Of a stretch of 64,000 nt of DNA, positions 17,281-26,283 are shown in pieces. The DNA lies in NCBI GenBank assembly GCA_016432365.1, contig CP066686.1, forward strand, positions 355 to 64,354, read 5' to 3'. A program made the translations under genes and the position numbers. The notes beneath the pieces are model-generated. The model did not search any database. It was not told where the DNA came from and saw nothing but the letters and a program-made list of their open reading frames with translations. Each line of letters opens with the position of its first letter. Position 1 is the first letter of the stretch. The stretch comes from Candidatus Woesebacteria bacterium. GTDB taxonomy: Bacteria > Patescibacteriota > Microgenomatia > UBA8517.

Positions 17281-18180
17281 TCATTGTTTTCCCACAAAAT
17301 ACCCACCTACATAACTCGTTACATTTTCAGATTCTTTTCCACTTATATCAAATGAGTTTAGATTAGAAACCAACTTAAAGTCGGTATTGGTATTTTTTAA
17401 ATAGCCAAAAAGAAAAGCTGTACACTGTTTGCAATCATTTGTGATTAATCCCACATCCTCCAATCTTTTACTTGGCAATAAATCAATACTTTTTTGATCG
17501 TTTAATTTAGCATTTTCTACCGATGTGTAATGAGAAAAATCGCTACTTATGATCAAGGCAGTTTGATTTAAATTGACCATTCTTGAAACTCTTTCTCCTA
17601 ATTCATAAAAATATTTATAATCATTATTTTGTCTCAAAACCAATGGAACAACTTTTGTTTGAGGTAGCGATTTTTTAGCAAAAGGAATTAAAGTATATAT
17701 TCCGTGTTCAGATCTAAAAGTATTCATATCTAAGACAACCCGCTTCTCCCCTAAAATTCTATCTATCAATTTTCCTTCACTTTCCATTTCACCAAAAGGG
17801 GTTTGCCACGTGTTATTTGTAGTTTGAACATTAACCCCTGTTCCGGTAATTTGTTTAAAATGATCCGGCGAAATAATTATCACAGTTTTTAACTGTGTTG
17901 GATCAATCCCTGAAAATGTCTGCGCAATCAAATCTTTTGCCAAAAAATGGTGACTTGTTATAGCCGCCAATACTTTACTTTTTGATACTTCTTTAGATTT
18001 TGCAAAAGAATCTTCGTAGTCATTAACATTAATAAAATAACTTTCAAGAAATTCACTTTGCGGTTTTGTGTTTTTTACAGTTGTTCTATTAAATAGAATT
18101 GCTACAAACAATATTATTGAGACAAAGGCGAAAAAGATTTTTGTTTTTGTGAAGTTCACTTGTAAAGAGATTGACTCCAA
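17281..18180 (-). CDS. MEMO1/AmmeMemoRadiSam protein B family, N-terminal membrane anchor
   Basis: TSHH, SPDH, EHGI, SSDFSHY, VTSY motifs. Confidence 0.85.
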   Translation of the reverse strand: MESISLQVNFTKTKIFFAFVSIILFVAILFNRTTVKNTKPQSEFLESYFINVNDYEDSFAKSKEVSKSKVLAAITSHHFLAKDLIAQTFSGIDPTQLKTVIIISPDHFKQITGTGVNVQTTNNTWQTPFGEMESEGKLIDRILGEKRVVLDMNTFRSEHGIYTLIPFAKKSLPQTKVVPLVLRQNNDYKYFYELGERVSRMVNLNQTALIISSDFSHYTSVENAKLNDQKSIDLLPSKRLEDVGLITNDCKQCTAFLFGYLKNTNTDFKLVSNLNSFDISGKESENVTSYVGGYFVGKQ

Positions 18181-20618
18181 TCCGGTATCGCCGGTAACAA
18201 AGATTTATCTTGAGTGTAATTAACTGCCCACCAGTCCTGATCCGTCAATCTTTTTCCGATAGGGGTATTGAATTCATAATAGTTAAACACCAATCCTTTG
18301 GTTAATCTGGTCCCATTTGCATCTTTAACTGCTACGTAAATATAATTTGGAATTCCATCCGCTTCATACAAAATCTGGTTCTTTTTGATATCGGTCTGGA
18401 CATCTGCAATCAGAGCGCTTCTTGCGTCCTTTTCATGAGCTTCCTCGCCGGGCAGAGCGCTCAAGATAAAACTCATGTATCCCGCCTCTGTCCTAAGCTT
18501 CTCGAAATCGTCATCGGAAATGGTTTCATTTTGTAATTCTTTAACGGCCATCGCTTTAAAAAAGTTAAGTGATTTTATAAATGAGTTACTACGACTAACG
18601 AAGATTCCATTTATCAAATCACGACTTTTTAATCCGTCCTCGGTCATTTGCGCAAGCGCAATCAATCTGTCGAAAAAGGGAATGTTCGGTTCAACATATC
18701 CTTTCGGTACAGGTGGCGGGGTTGGTGGCTCGCCCCCCCCTCCCATTTCTGAATATGATTGTTTCGCATAAAGAAGTGTGTCGTGTTTAAGTTCCGTCCA
18801 AGACCCAAGTGATGCCTGTAAATTTTTTAAATTCCAGGAATCGTTTTTAACAAACATCGGGTAACCGGATTTATTTATATCTCCCGTATATAAAGATTTT
18901 ATTGTGTATAACCATCCCCAATAAATATTTTGGGTCCATATGTCTGTAGAGATTTTTGAAAATTTGTCTTTCAATGCGGCTAAATTGTTACCTAAAACTC
19001 TGTCGGACTCCGGCGCGTTAGCAGAAATCCAGTTAAGAACCATTGGGTCTGCAGTTTTGTTTCCCATCACAGACATCACCATTAATGCAGTTGTAGAACT
19101 AGGCAGTCTTTGCCCGGTTACAGGATCCGGTGCCTCATCCCCTTGAGTTAACGAAGTAAAAATAAAGGCATCGGGTGTAAATCTTTGACCCATAAACCTG
19201 AATCCCTTTGTTTTGTTTACCAACTCTCCTTTAGATGAACCAAAAACATCGTTACCTACCAAAACACTGGACATTATTTGCGGACCCTGATAATTTTTCA
19301 TATCTTCCTGAATCTTGGCAACAGTATTTTTATCAATAGATTTATCGCCCAATTTGCTCAAACTGGTGTTGTATTCATATATGCCCAAATCGTCTGATTT
19401 TCCAACTAAAAACGCCGTCGGTATATAAATACTTTCCCAATTTTTTAATTGTCCGGAATTTTTTGTAAGTAAACTGATATTTATGCCGTCCCGTGTCAGC
19501 TCTGTACTTTTCAGAGCAAAATTGCTTCTGCCGTACCACATCATGGCTCTAAAATAACTTCGCAAAATTGAATTTTTATTGTAATGGCTCCTAGGAGTAA
19601 ATTGGGTATAGTCCTGAGGATTGACTAACCCGGCAGCAGACAAAAATTCATCAAACAGAGGTGAAGGAGAAATGGTTGCTGAGGCGAGTATTAGGTTAAT
19701 TTCTGCTTTTGCTTTAGTGTAGGAATATGCAGGGATTCTCGATTTAAGATCGTCGAGATTCTTGAGAATATTTTCGTTGGTATCAACTTTTTGATCAACG
19801 GTTGTGTCTTGAGCCATCTCATCGAAAGCTGCATCAAGTATCGCTTTTGGAACAGCAAAAAAAGCAATTATTCTTTCATAACTCGCCTTATTCTCCGGAT
19901 TACTTTGATTTGAATAATCTTTAATTGCTTTATTTAACACACTGTCCGTAATCTCTTTTAAAGCAGGGTACAATTTTTTATTCTCTAAATATTCAAACTC
20001 TTTTTCCAAAAGTTTGTGATATACATGCAGCAAAAAGTCCGAAGTAATAAATACTGAATTTTCGGGAGCTCTCTCCCAAATTGCCCCACCGCCAATGCGG
20101 GCGTAGAGCGATGTCCAATCATCATTTCTTTGGGAGACGCTGTCCGGATCGTCATTCCAAAATTTGTCCAGGTTTTGAGTTATAAAAAAATTTTCACCCG
20201 CAATTGCCGCCTTTTGATTATCGGTAAATTGTTTTTTTAGACTTTGCTCAAAGTTGGTTATGTTATAAAGATCCGGAATGGAAATTTGATATTCTGGGAG
20301 TGAGGGCTTGAATGGGGTATTTATCAAATTGTATTTGGCAAAATCAAAATTTATTTTGTAGTTAACGTCCCCCACCCCATTCTCGGTTGTGTTGAGAGAT
20401 GTTGCATTTTGAAAAAAAAGCGCTTTGTTTTTGTTTCCTATAAACTTCAGATATAGCGAGGGGATAATCAAAAGTAGTGCCAGAACAATTAGACCCGGAA
20501 TAATTATGTTTTTCCTGTCCAAAAAGAAATTTGTTAGCGGGTTAGCCTTCTTACCCGGACCCACTCTAGGTTTGTCTACAACTTTTTCCGATTCCGTCAC
20601 TTTTGAAGTATCGTCCAT
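18156..20618 (-). CDS. DUF3160-family membrane-anchored protein
   Basis: FTPRSHY, YFRAMMWYGR, MGQRFTPD, WTELKHDTLLYAKQSY, GYVEPN. Confidence 0.88.
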   Translation of the reverse strand: MDDTSKVTESEKVVDKPRVGPGKKANPLTNFFLDRKNIIIPGLIVLALLLIIPSLYLKFIGNKNKALFFQNATSLNTTENGVGDVNYKINFDFAKYNLINTPFKPSLPEYQISIPDLYNITNFEQSLKKQFTDNQKAAIAGENFFITQNLDKFWNDDPDSVSQRNDDWTSLYARIGGGAIWERAPENSVFITSDFLLHVYHKLLEKEFEYLENKKLYPALKEITDSVLNKAIKDYSNQSNPENKASYERIIAFFAVPKAILDAAFDEMAQDTTVDQKVDTNENILKNLDDLKSRIPAYSYTKAKAEINLILASATISPSPLFDEFLSAAGLVNPQDYTQFTPRSHYNKNSILRSYFRAMMWYGRSNFALKSTELTRDGINISLLTKNSGQLKNWESIYIPTAFLVGKSDDLGIYEYNTSLSKLGDKSIDKNTVAKIQEDMKNYQGPQIMSSVLVGNDVFGSSKGELVNKTKGFRFMGQRFTPDAFIFTSLTQGDEAPDPVTGQRLPSSTTALMVMSVMGNKTADPMVLNWISANAPESDRVLGNNLAALKDKFSKISTDIWTQNIYWGWLYTIKSLYTGDINKSGYPMFVKNDSWNLKNLQASLGSWTELKHDTLLYAKQSYSEMGGGGEPPTPPPVPKGYVEPNIPFFDRLIALAQMTEDGLKSRDLINGIFVSRSNSFIKSLNFFKAMAVKELQNETISDDDFEKLRTEAGYMSFILSALPGEEAHEKDARSALIADVQTDIKKNQILYEADGIPNYIYVAVKDANGTRLTKGLVFNYYEFNTPIGKRLTDQDWWAVNYTQDKSLLPAIPDWSQSLYK

Positions 20619-20680
20619 CTAATAAATATTAACATATTTTGAAATTTTGATCTGGCCTTAACTAAATGTATAATTCCCCC

Positions 20681-21619
20681 GTGACTACCGAAAACAAAGA
20701 CAAATTGGTTGGGAAGTCCGTAGAGACGGTCTTTTTTGGTGACACAAAATCCCAACTTGAGGCTTTCTGGAAGCTCGGCAGCCTTGGTGAACTGGGGTCT
20801 GCCACCCAAATTGAGCTCCCGGAAAAAGCTTTTGTTTATGTGCAAACGAAACGGGATGAATCTGACCTTACAGGTAAGGAATATGGGGCAATGCTAGGTT
20901 TTGATGCTAACGGTGTAAGTATTTATAACGAACGGGAAAGCCGAAAATCTATAAGGGACTTTGTCGGAAACAGCTTCGTCAACACCATGGAGCTGTCTGT
21001 GGAATACGGCAACATAGTCGAAACCAGTGTAGGAAGATTCTTTAAAAAGACAGACCCCATTCTTTTCCATACTCATGTGACATTGGGCGAAAATGACATC
21101 AAAAGCGCCCAAATCGGGCTTTCCGACGGAACCACGCTAAAAATTTCCCAAGAAGCCATTATCAAGTATGTAAGCTATCAGATAGAGGGGTTCTCATCCG
21201 CCGACCTGGATAATTTGTTTAGTAGGAACAGGGAAACCGCCTCATTACTTTTATCTACCCCTACTCGGACAATTTATGTTGCACCTCCGGAATTATTTGT
21301 CAACAAAGGATATACAAAATTTAGTAAATTTCTAAAGGAATATGAAGATCAGATGCTTACACTGGATTTGGCAGCCTCTATTTCCCTGCTGGGACTGGAG
21401 CCGGATTTTTATTTTGATTCGCTTAAAAAATCACAAAAAAGAATATTTTTGAAGATAATTGACGATGCCAAATATATGGCAAAAAGAAAACCAGGCCTTG
21501 CCAAACTTATGGATATGAAAGATGCAATCTTGGTTAAAATAATGAATTCTGCTGGTTTCCAAGTATTCGCCTCGGAAGGTGATGACAAAAAAGTTCTAAA
21601 AAGGCTAAAAAATAACTAA
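20681..21619 (+). CDS. JAB/MPN+-like metalloprotease domain protein
   Basis: GKEYGA ... FHTH ... FSSAD; GTG start behind TATAAT. Confidence 0.65.
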   Translation: MTTENKDKLVGKSVETVFFGDTKSQLEAFWKLGSLGELGSATQIELPEKAFVYVQTKRDESDLTGKEYGAMLGFDANGVSIYNERESRKSIRDFVGNSFVNTMELSVEYGNIVETSVGRFFKKTDPILFHTHVTLGENDIKSAQIGLSDGTTLKISQEAIIKYVSYQIEGFSSADLDNLFSRNRETASLLLSTPTRTIYVAPPELFVNKGYTKFSKFLKEYEDQMLTLDLAASISLLGLEPDFYFDSLKKSQKRIFLKIIDDAKYMAKRKPGLAKLMDMKDAILVKIMNSAGFQVFASEGDDKKVLKRLKNN

Positions 21620-21711
21620 TTTTAGGTGCCAATTAAGGCCGATGCCCAGTTTTTGAGGGCAAGTTCCTTCATTCCGGTGATATTGACATAATCAGATAGA
21701 GTAGATAAATT

Positions 21712-22500
21712 TTAAAAACTAACCGAAATTGTAGAAAGAACAGCTTTAGTCATCTCGTGCAATTCCCTTCCAGAAAAAACACTCTCCTTAATATCTGTAC
21801 CTCTAAGAACTTTCAAAGCTTCTTGCATTCCTTGCCCATTAAACACATCCGACTTAAGTAAGGATTTTGGTCCATGGACCAAACGGCCTCGAGGAACTGC
21901 CAGGGTTACCTTGAGATCATGACCAATCTTTATACCACCATTTTCTTTTACAAAACCCAATCCATTTCGTTTGAGTTCTGGGTAGGGGATTTTTTTTGCA
22001 TCTTCTATGGCACCCTTTAGATTTGTAATGAAACTTGCAAGTTGGCGGACCTCCCGATTGCCTAAAAACCCTGCTTTTGCTTCCACAACTTTGGTAATAT
22101 AACCCGCCTGAGTAATACCCAAAAAATCAGGATTGGATAAACTTTCTCTTCCCTCATCAGTAAACCGAAACACCCCCGGATTGGCAAGCAAAGTCCTCAA
22201 CCTCTTCGCCTCTTCAGCCTCTTCAAAACAAATCTTAAAGTCGGACCGGACCAAAAGTTCAAATAGCGCGCCGGCTACTAAAACCTCAGGGTCAACCACA
22301 CCATCTCGTAAATAAGTATCCGCGCTCACGGCTCCTATAATTTCAGTCTCGGAATCAGAAGGTAATCTGGCAATTACAAGCTGTTGAGCGTTCCAAATTT
22401 CGTCACCAATTTTTTCCTCTCTATGGTACTCCAACAACGTTTCTTTTAACACAAATTTCAAGTCTGGTTTTTGTGTATGTTCTTTCTTAGAAGGTTCCAT
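21712..22500 (-). CDS. PD-(D/E)xK nuclease-fold protein
   Basis: GALFE ... NPDF ... VVEAK ... RQL; start MEPSK behind TATAAC. Confidence 0.65.
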   Translation of the reverse strand: MEPSKKEHTQKPDLKFVLKETLLEYHREEKIGDEIWNAQQLVIARLPSDSETEIIGAVSADTYLRDGVVDPEVLVAGALFELLVRSDFKICFEEAEEAKRLRTLLANPGVFRFTDEGRESLSNPDFLGITQAGYITKVVEAKAGFLGNREVRQLASFITNLKGAIEDAKKIPYPELKRNGLGFVKENGGIKIGHDLKVTLAVPRGRLVHGPKSLLKSDVFNGQGMQEALKVLRGTDIKESVFSGRELHEMTKAVLSTISVSF

Positions 22501-22547
22501 AAGTAAGTTATACCATTTTTTCAAATACTAAAAACCACCCAATTTTT

Positions 22548-22721
22548 ATGAAAATCGCAAGATAAAGTTGCAGACATAAAATTGGATGGACACAGAATGG
22601 ACAAGTCCTTTCCGATAAAGGTGAACAAATAGGAGTCTATGATCGTATTTTGGAATGGGGAGGAGAATCGCAGAAAGAACAGCAAATGATTATCTTTATA
22701 TCAAAATCTGCTTCAAAATGA
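22548..22721 (+). pseudogene. possible decayed small gene
   Basis: ATG, in-frame TAA after 5 codons, then protein-like frame KIGWTQNGQVLSDKGEQIGVY... Confidence 0.25.
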
Positions 22722-22773
22722 AGGGTTTTGTAAGGTTTCGTCGTTTGCAAGCAACTGTTTTTTGTAATACTAT

Positions 22774-23349
22774 ATGCATATGGATGTCGACAAGGCAACA
22801 AAAAGAGAGGAAATTTTAAGCCATTTCCCCAGCAGTGTGGATGTAAATGAACTATCAGCCCTGCTTTTGAAACACCACGACGAGCTTAAGGAGTATTGCG
22901 GCAAAAACGTATTGCCTGCTTTAAACAAATTTGCCAAGGAACAAGAGGCTCCGCAACAAGAACTTCATGACCAAGGTAAATATTTGACAATTCGGTTTTC
23001 AAAAGATGCCGTTAATTTAAAAGGGTTGCCTGGCTATGGTGACAAATTAGGGGTCGATCCAAGAGAAATTGTGAAATCGTTGTCAAAGGTTTGGGAAATT
23101 ATGAATGAAGGATGGGGAATGGACCCGTATTTCGATGGCTCAAACATTAAAGCTCTAACTCTCACCCGAGTAGAAAACATGACCTTAGATTTTGATGGTA
23201 AAGAAACTGTCGCCCCGGCATTCCGTTACAAAGTAGGTCCAGACGGACCAACAGCGGAGGATATTGAGAAAATTGTAAATGTAATAAAGAAAGGAAGAGA
23301 AATACTTCAAGGCTCTTCATCTACAACCGGCGGTTTAATTGAGGTCTAA
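22774..23349 (+). CDS. hypothetical protein
   Basis: 191 aa ORF. Confidence 0.7.
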   Translation: MHMDVDKATKREEILSHFPSSVDVNELSALLLKHHDELKEYCGKNVLPALNKFAKEQEAPQQELHDQGKYLTIRFSKDAVNLKGLPGYGDKLGVDPREIVKSLSKVWEIMNEGWGMDPYFDGSNIKALTLTRVENMTLDFDGKETVAPAFRYKVGPDGPTAEDIEKIVNVIKKGREILQGSSSTTGGLIEV

Positions 23350-23372
23350 TCCGGTCTAACTTCAAAAATATT

Positions 23373-23392
23373 AGCCGGGGGACAAGGATTCG
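23373..23392 (-). repeat. duplicated 3' end of tRNA-Gln (att-like)
   Basis: 18/20 identical to 23457-23476. Confidence 0.7.
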
Positions 23393-23458
23393 CCGTACAC
23401 AACATGGAATTCCTTAGCAGGTACTATCGAATCACTGGCAACCGGCGAACGAAGTGAG

Positions 23459-23530
23459 CTGGGGGACAGGGATTCGAACCCCGATAAACAACTCCAAAGG
23501 CTGCTGTCCTACCATTAGACGATCCCCCAT
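23459..23530 (-). tRNA. tRNA-Gln(TTG)
   Basis: TGGGGGA/TCCCCCA acceptor stem, anticodon loop CT-TTG-GA, GGTTCGAATCC; CCA not encoded. Confidence 0.95.
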
Positions 23531-23740
23531 TGTCGGAATGAGTATCGCTAACGGTTTATCGCTGACGCTTAAACCTTTTCGCTTTACTATTCCTCCTCTC
23601 AAAATTCTTACAGAATTTTGTCTTTTAGAACACAAAATTTGCATTCGCAAATTTTGAGAGGAGCGATCGACGAAAAGCTGAAGTTTCAAGCTTAAATTTA
23701 TTAAGCGAGAAACGAAAGCAGTCGTCGCATTCGCGACGAG

Positions 23741-23812
23741 TGACCTCACTGGGACTCGAACCCAGGTAATCAGGCTGAAAACCTGATGTCCTAACCGCTA
23801 GACGATGAGGCC
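23741..23812 (-). tRNA. tRNA-Glu(TTC)
   Basis: GGCCTCA/TGAGGTC stem, TCAGG-TT-TTC-AG-CCTGA, GGTTCGAGTCC. Confidence 0.95.
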
Positions 23813-23944
23813 AAGTAAACTTGGCATATATCTTCAGTGTCCCCAGCAAAATTTGTAAAACAAATTTTGAGAGGAGGAGCCAACCGCAAATAGCGAAGTT
23901 TCTGAATTTTCAGAAACAAAGCGCTTAGGTTGTACTCCGACGAG

Positions 23945-24016
23945 TGAGCCCTCTGGGACTCGAACCCAGAACCGCTTCCTTAAAAGGGAATTGCTCTACC
24001 ATTGAGCTAAGGGCCC
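23945..24016 (-). tRNA. tRNA-Lys(TTT)
   Basis: GGGCCCT/AGGGCTC stem, TTCC-CT-TTT-AA-GGAA, GGTTCGAGTCC. Confidence 0.95.
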
Positions 24017-24059
24017 TTGAACCTTGTGAGAGGACACTTAGTGAAATGGCAAACTTGTT

Positions 24060-24080
24060 TACCATTGAGCTAAGGGCCCT
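24060..24080 (-). repeat. duplicated 5' end of tRNA-Lys
   Basis: 21 bp identical to 23997-24017. Confidence 0.85.
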
Positions 24081-24180
24081 AAAACTCACGAAAGGTATTC
24101 TCACAAACTCGAGGCTAATTATAGCGTATTTTGTTGGACTACTCCACTTTATTTGAAATCGAACTCAGTTTTGAAGGACT

Positions 24181-24438
24181 TTATGCGTTTTTGCGCGCAG
24201 CGAAGGTGGCTTTTCTTAGAAGTTCTCTTTTTTCCTGCTCATCTTTAATAACCAATCTCTTCCTTTTTTCTTCTTTGAGAACCTGGTCTACCTTTTTCTG
24301 ACATTCAGAATCGGAGCAGGCTGTAATTGTATACATCACGACCGAAGTTTCCACCTTTTCCTCGTATGTCTCCACAACAACTCTGGGCTTTCCGCACCTG
24401 GTACACACGCTTCCTGTTAGATTTTTTGATGCTGTCAT
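24181..24438 (-). CDS. small Zn-ribbon/coiled-coil protein
   Basis: CTRC ... CSDSEC and basic coiled-coil tail. Confidence 0.75.
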   Translation of the reverse strand: MTASKNLTGSVCTRCGKPRVVVETYEEKVETSVVMYTITACSDSECQKKVDQVLKEEKRKRLVIKDEQEKRELLRKATFAARKNA

Positions 24439-24702
24439 TTAATTATGTTCCCTCTTTTCCTGAGGTTTAGCCTCGGCAACAACTAACTTTCTGCCCCCAA
24501 AATCAGTATCATTCAGCATTTGAATAGCCTTGGCAGCTTCCTCCTCTGTCTCCATCTCGATAAAGCCAAAACCCTTGGATTTACCTGTAAATTTGTCGAT
24601 TATGATTGTGGAAGAAACCACAACCCCAGCCTGAGAGAAAAGAGTCGCCAGCTCTTCTTGGGTGGTTGCAAAAGGAATCCCTGCTACGAATAGTTTCTTC
24701 AT
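24439..24702 (-). CDS. RRM (RNP-1) RNA-binding protein
   Basis: KLFVAGI (RNP2), KGFGFIEM (RNP1). Confidence 0.95.
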   Translation of the reverse strand: MKKLFVAGIPFATTQEELATLFSQAGVVVSSTIIIDKFTGKSKGFGFIEMETEEEAAKAIQMLNDTDFGGRKLVVAEAKPQEKREHN

Positions 24703-24859
24703 TAATTGGTGACTGGGCTCATTATACCATATTTTTGGGATAAATGTTGCTTAATCCCTATAGTTTTGACTATCCCCAAACAATAAGGTAGAATTTCATC
24801 TTCTTAGATTGCGCACGTTAATACAAAAAATAACTAACCCAAACTGAAAGGAGGTTAGA

Positions 24860-25579
24860 TTGAAAAAGTTCTTTTACGGTCTGGTGGAAGCTATTTTTAG
24901 CATCCGCCATTACATAGCAATTGGTGTGATGCGGCTTATACCTGCACAACCCCACCCCACGCCATATACTATTTTTACATGGCAAATATTCTTCCGCGAT
25001 CTAAAGTGGAGGCATATCATATTGGGGACAATAGGAGTCGGGTGTACGATGGGGTTATTAAACCTCTTTTGGGACCACATGCCATTGGGCCAATACTCGT
25101 TACTATCGTCTATCACCACGTTTGTTGACTTCGTGGTTCTAAAGATAACAGGGCACAAGGCTCAACCCATCCTGTCCTATATCATCATTGCGATACTTGT
25201 GGCTGGCAAAGCTCCCAGATTATTTCCTGGAAATGTAGTCGGCAAAGGTGTTCCTTTTTGGGCAATGAGAGAAGAGATGGTCTTTAGATTCGGAGCAGAA
25301 AGATGGAATCCTGTACAAAAGTTCCGCTCCGCCTTGGCATTTGGGCTTATTCACTTTGACAACATCATCTACCCGCTAGCCGCCTGTTTTGCGTTTTTGT
25401 TTAGTGGTTTGTACCTTACAGCCATCTATGTGCACACATACAAGAAAACCGGGTCAACCTATTTGGCGCTAAAAGAATCGGCAATTGTGCACGCCGTTCA
25501 CAATATCATAGCGTTCATTATAGTTGGTTGTATTCTGACCTACTTTCTCGCACAAGTTGTTGTGATCCTGCTAAATTAG
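24860..25579 (+). CDS. CPBP/CAAX (Abi) intramembrane metalloprotease
   Basis: EEMVFR, FGLIH, HAVHN; SD AAGGAGG with TTG start; promoter TTGACT-17-TAGAAT (24766-24794). Confidence 0.85.
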   Translation: MKKFFYGLVEAIFSIRHYIAIGVMRLIPAQPHPTPYTIFTWQIFFRDLKWRHIILGTIGVGCTMGLLNLFWDHMPLGQYSLLSSITTFVDFVVLKITGHKAQPILSYIIIAILVAGKAPRLFPGNVVGKGVPFWAMREEMVFRFGAERWNPVQKFRSALAFGLIHFDNIIYPLAACFAFLFSGLYLTAIYVHTYKKTGSTYLALKESAIVHAVHNIIAFIIVGCILTYFLAQVVVILLN

Positions 25580-25589
25580 CACTCTAAGA

Positions 25590-25632
25590 AAAATACCGCC
25601 TTGTGGCTTTCAAACCATCAGGCGGTTTTTTG
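25590..25632 (+). terminator. intrinsic terminator
   Basis: ACCGCCT...AGGCGGT-TTTTT. Confidence 0.7.
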
Positions 25633-25668
25633 TGGCTAAATTTCGGCCCTTTTGATATAATTTCATTT

Positions 25669-26283
25669 GTGGATAAACTGTTTAGTTTCCTTGGAGCAAG
25701 AAAAGACAGAGAAACAAGTATCGAAATCTCTCTAACCCCAGGTGCTTCAGACCATCTGAAACGTATGATATTGCGTCCAAACCCCGAATTAGCTGAGTTT
25801 GGTTTCTTTGGACTCGGGCAGAATGGAACGATCGATCAAATATTAGACTTGGACGAAAAAGATCTATCGTATAAAAATGGGCTCACCCACAGTCTTGGTG
25901 GTTTCAGCTCAAATGTTGGTGGCAATGAGTGGAATGGGTTAGTTCAAAAATTAATACAATCAGGCAGAAGAGGAGATTTCCTTGTTTTTGGACATTTCCA
26001 CCCAAGTGGAACGAAAAGAATTGCTGGGGCAACTTATCACATTGATCCAGGCGAGGCCCTTCTAGTTCCATCCGGGGGTAGCTTAAGAGATCCAACCACG
26101 GGTGGAGATATTGGATTTTTCAAAGCATTAACGGAACTTAATCCAAATTTAGTCCCATATATGGGTATTGCAGCCAACACCAAATCTGGTCCAAAACTTA
26201 GAATTTATGAAATCGATAAGTTAATTAAAATTAGACGTTACAACGATATTGACCATGTCCCCCAAACCACAATCGACCTGTAA
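25669..26283 (+). CDS. JAB/MPN+ metalloprotease-like protein
   Basis: AEFGFFGLG ... GHFHP ... PS...D ... YMGI; GTG start behind TATAAT. Confidence 0.7.
   Translation: MDKLFSFLGARKDRETSIEISLTPGASDHLKRMILRPNPELAEFGFFGLGQNGTIDQILDLDEKDLSYKNGLTHSLGGFSSNVGGNEWNGLVQKLIQSGRRGDFLVFGHFHPSGTKRIAGATYHIDPGEALLVPSGGSLRDPTTGGDIGFFKALTELNPNLVPYMGIAANTKSGPKLRIYEIDKLIKIRRYNDIDHVPQTTIDL

Noticed and set aside
24758-24775. TATAG..TTTTGACTATCC similarity between the CPBP promoter and the P repeats
   Set aside because: Short match, opposite orientation relative to the genes, and partly explained by the -35 hexamer
25668-25676. Perfect DnaA box TTATCCACA (minus)
   Set aside because: Single copy overlapping the GTG start codon of the JAB-like gene; likely coincidental
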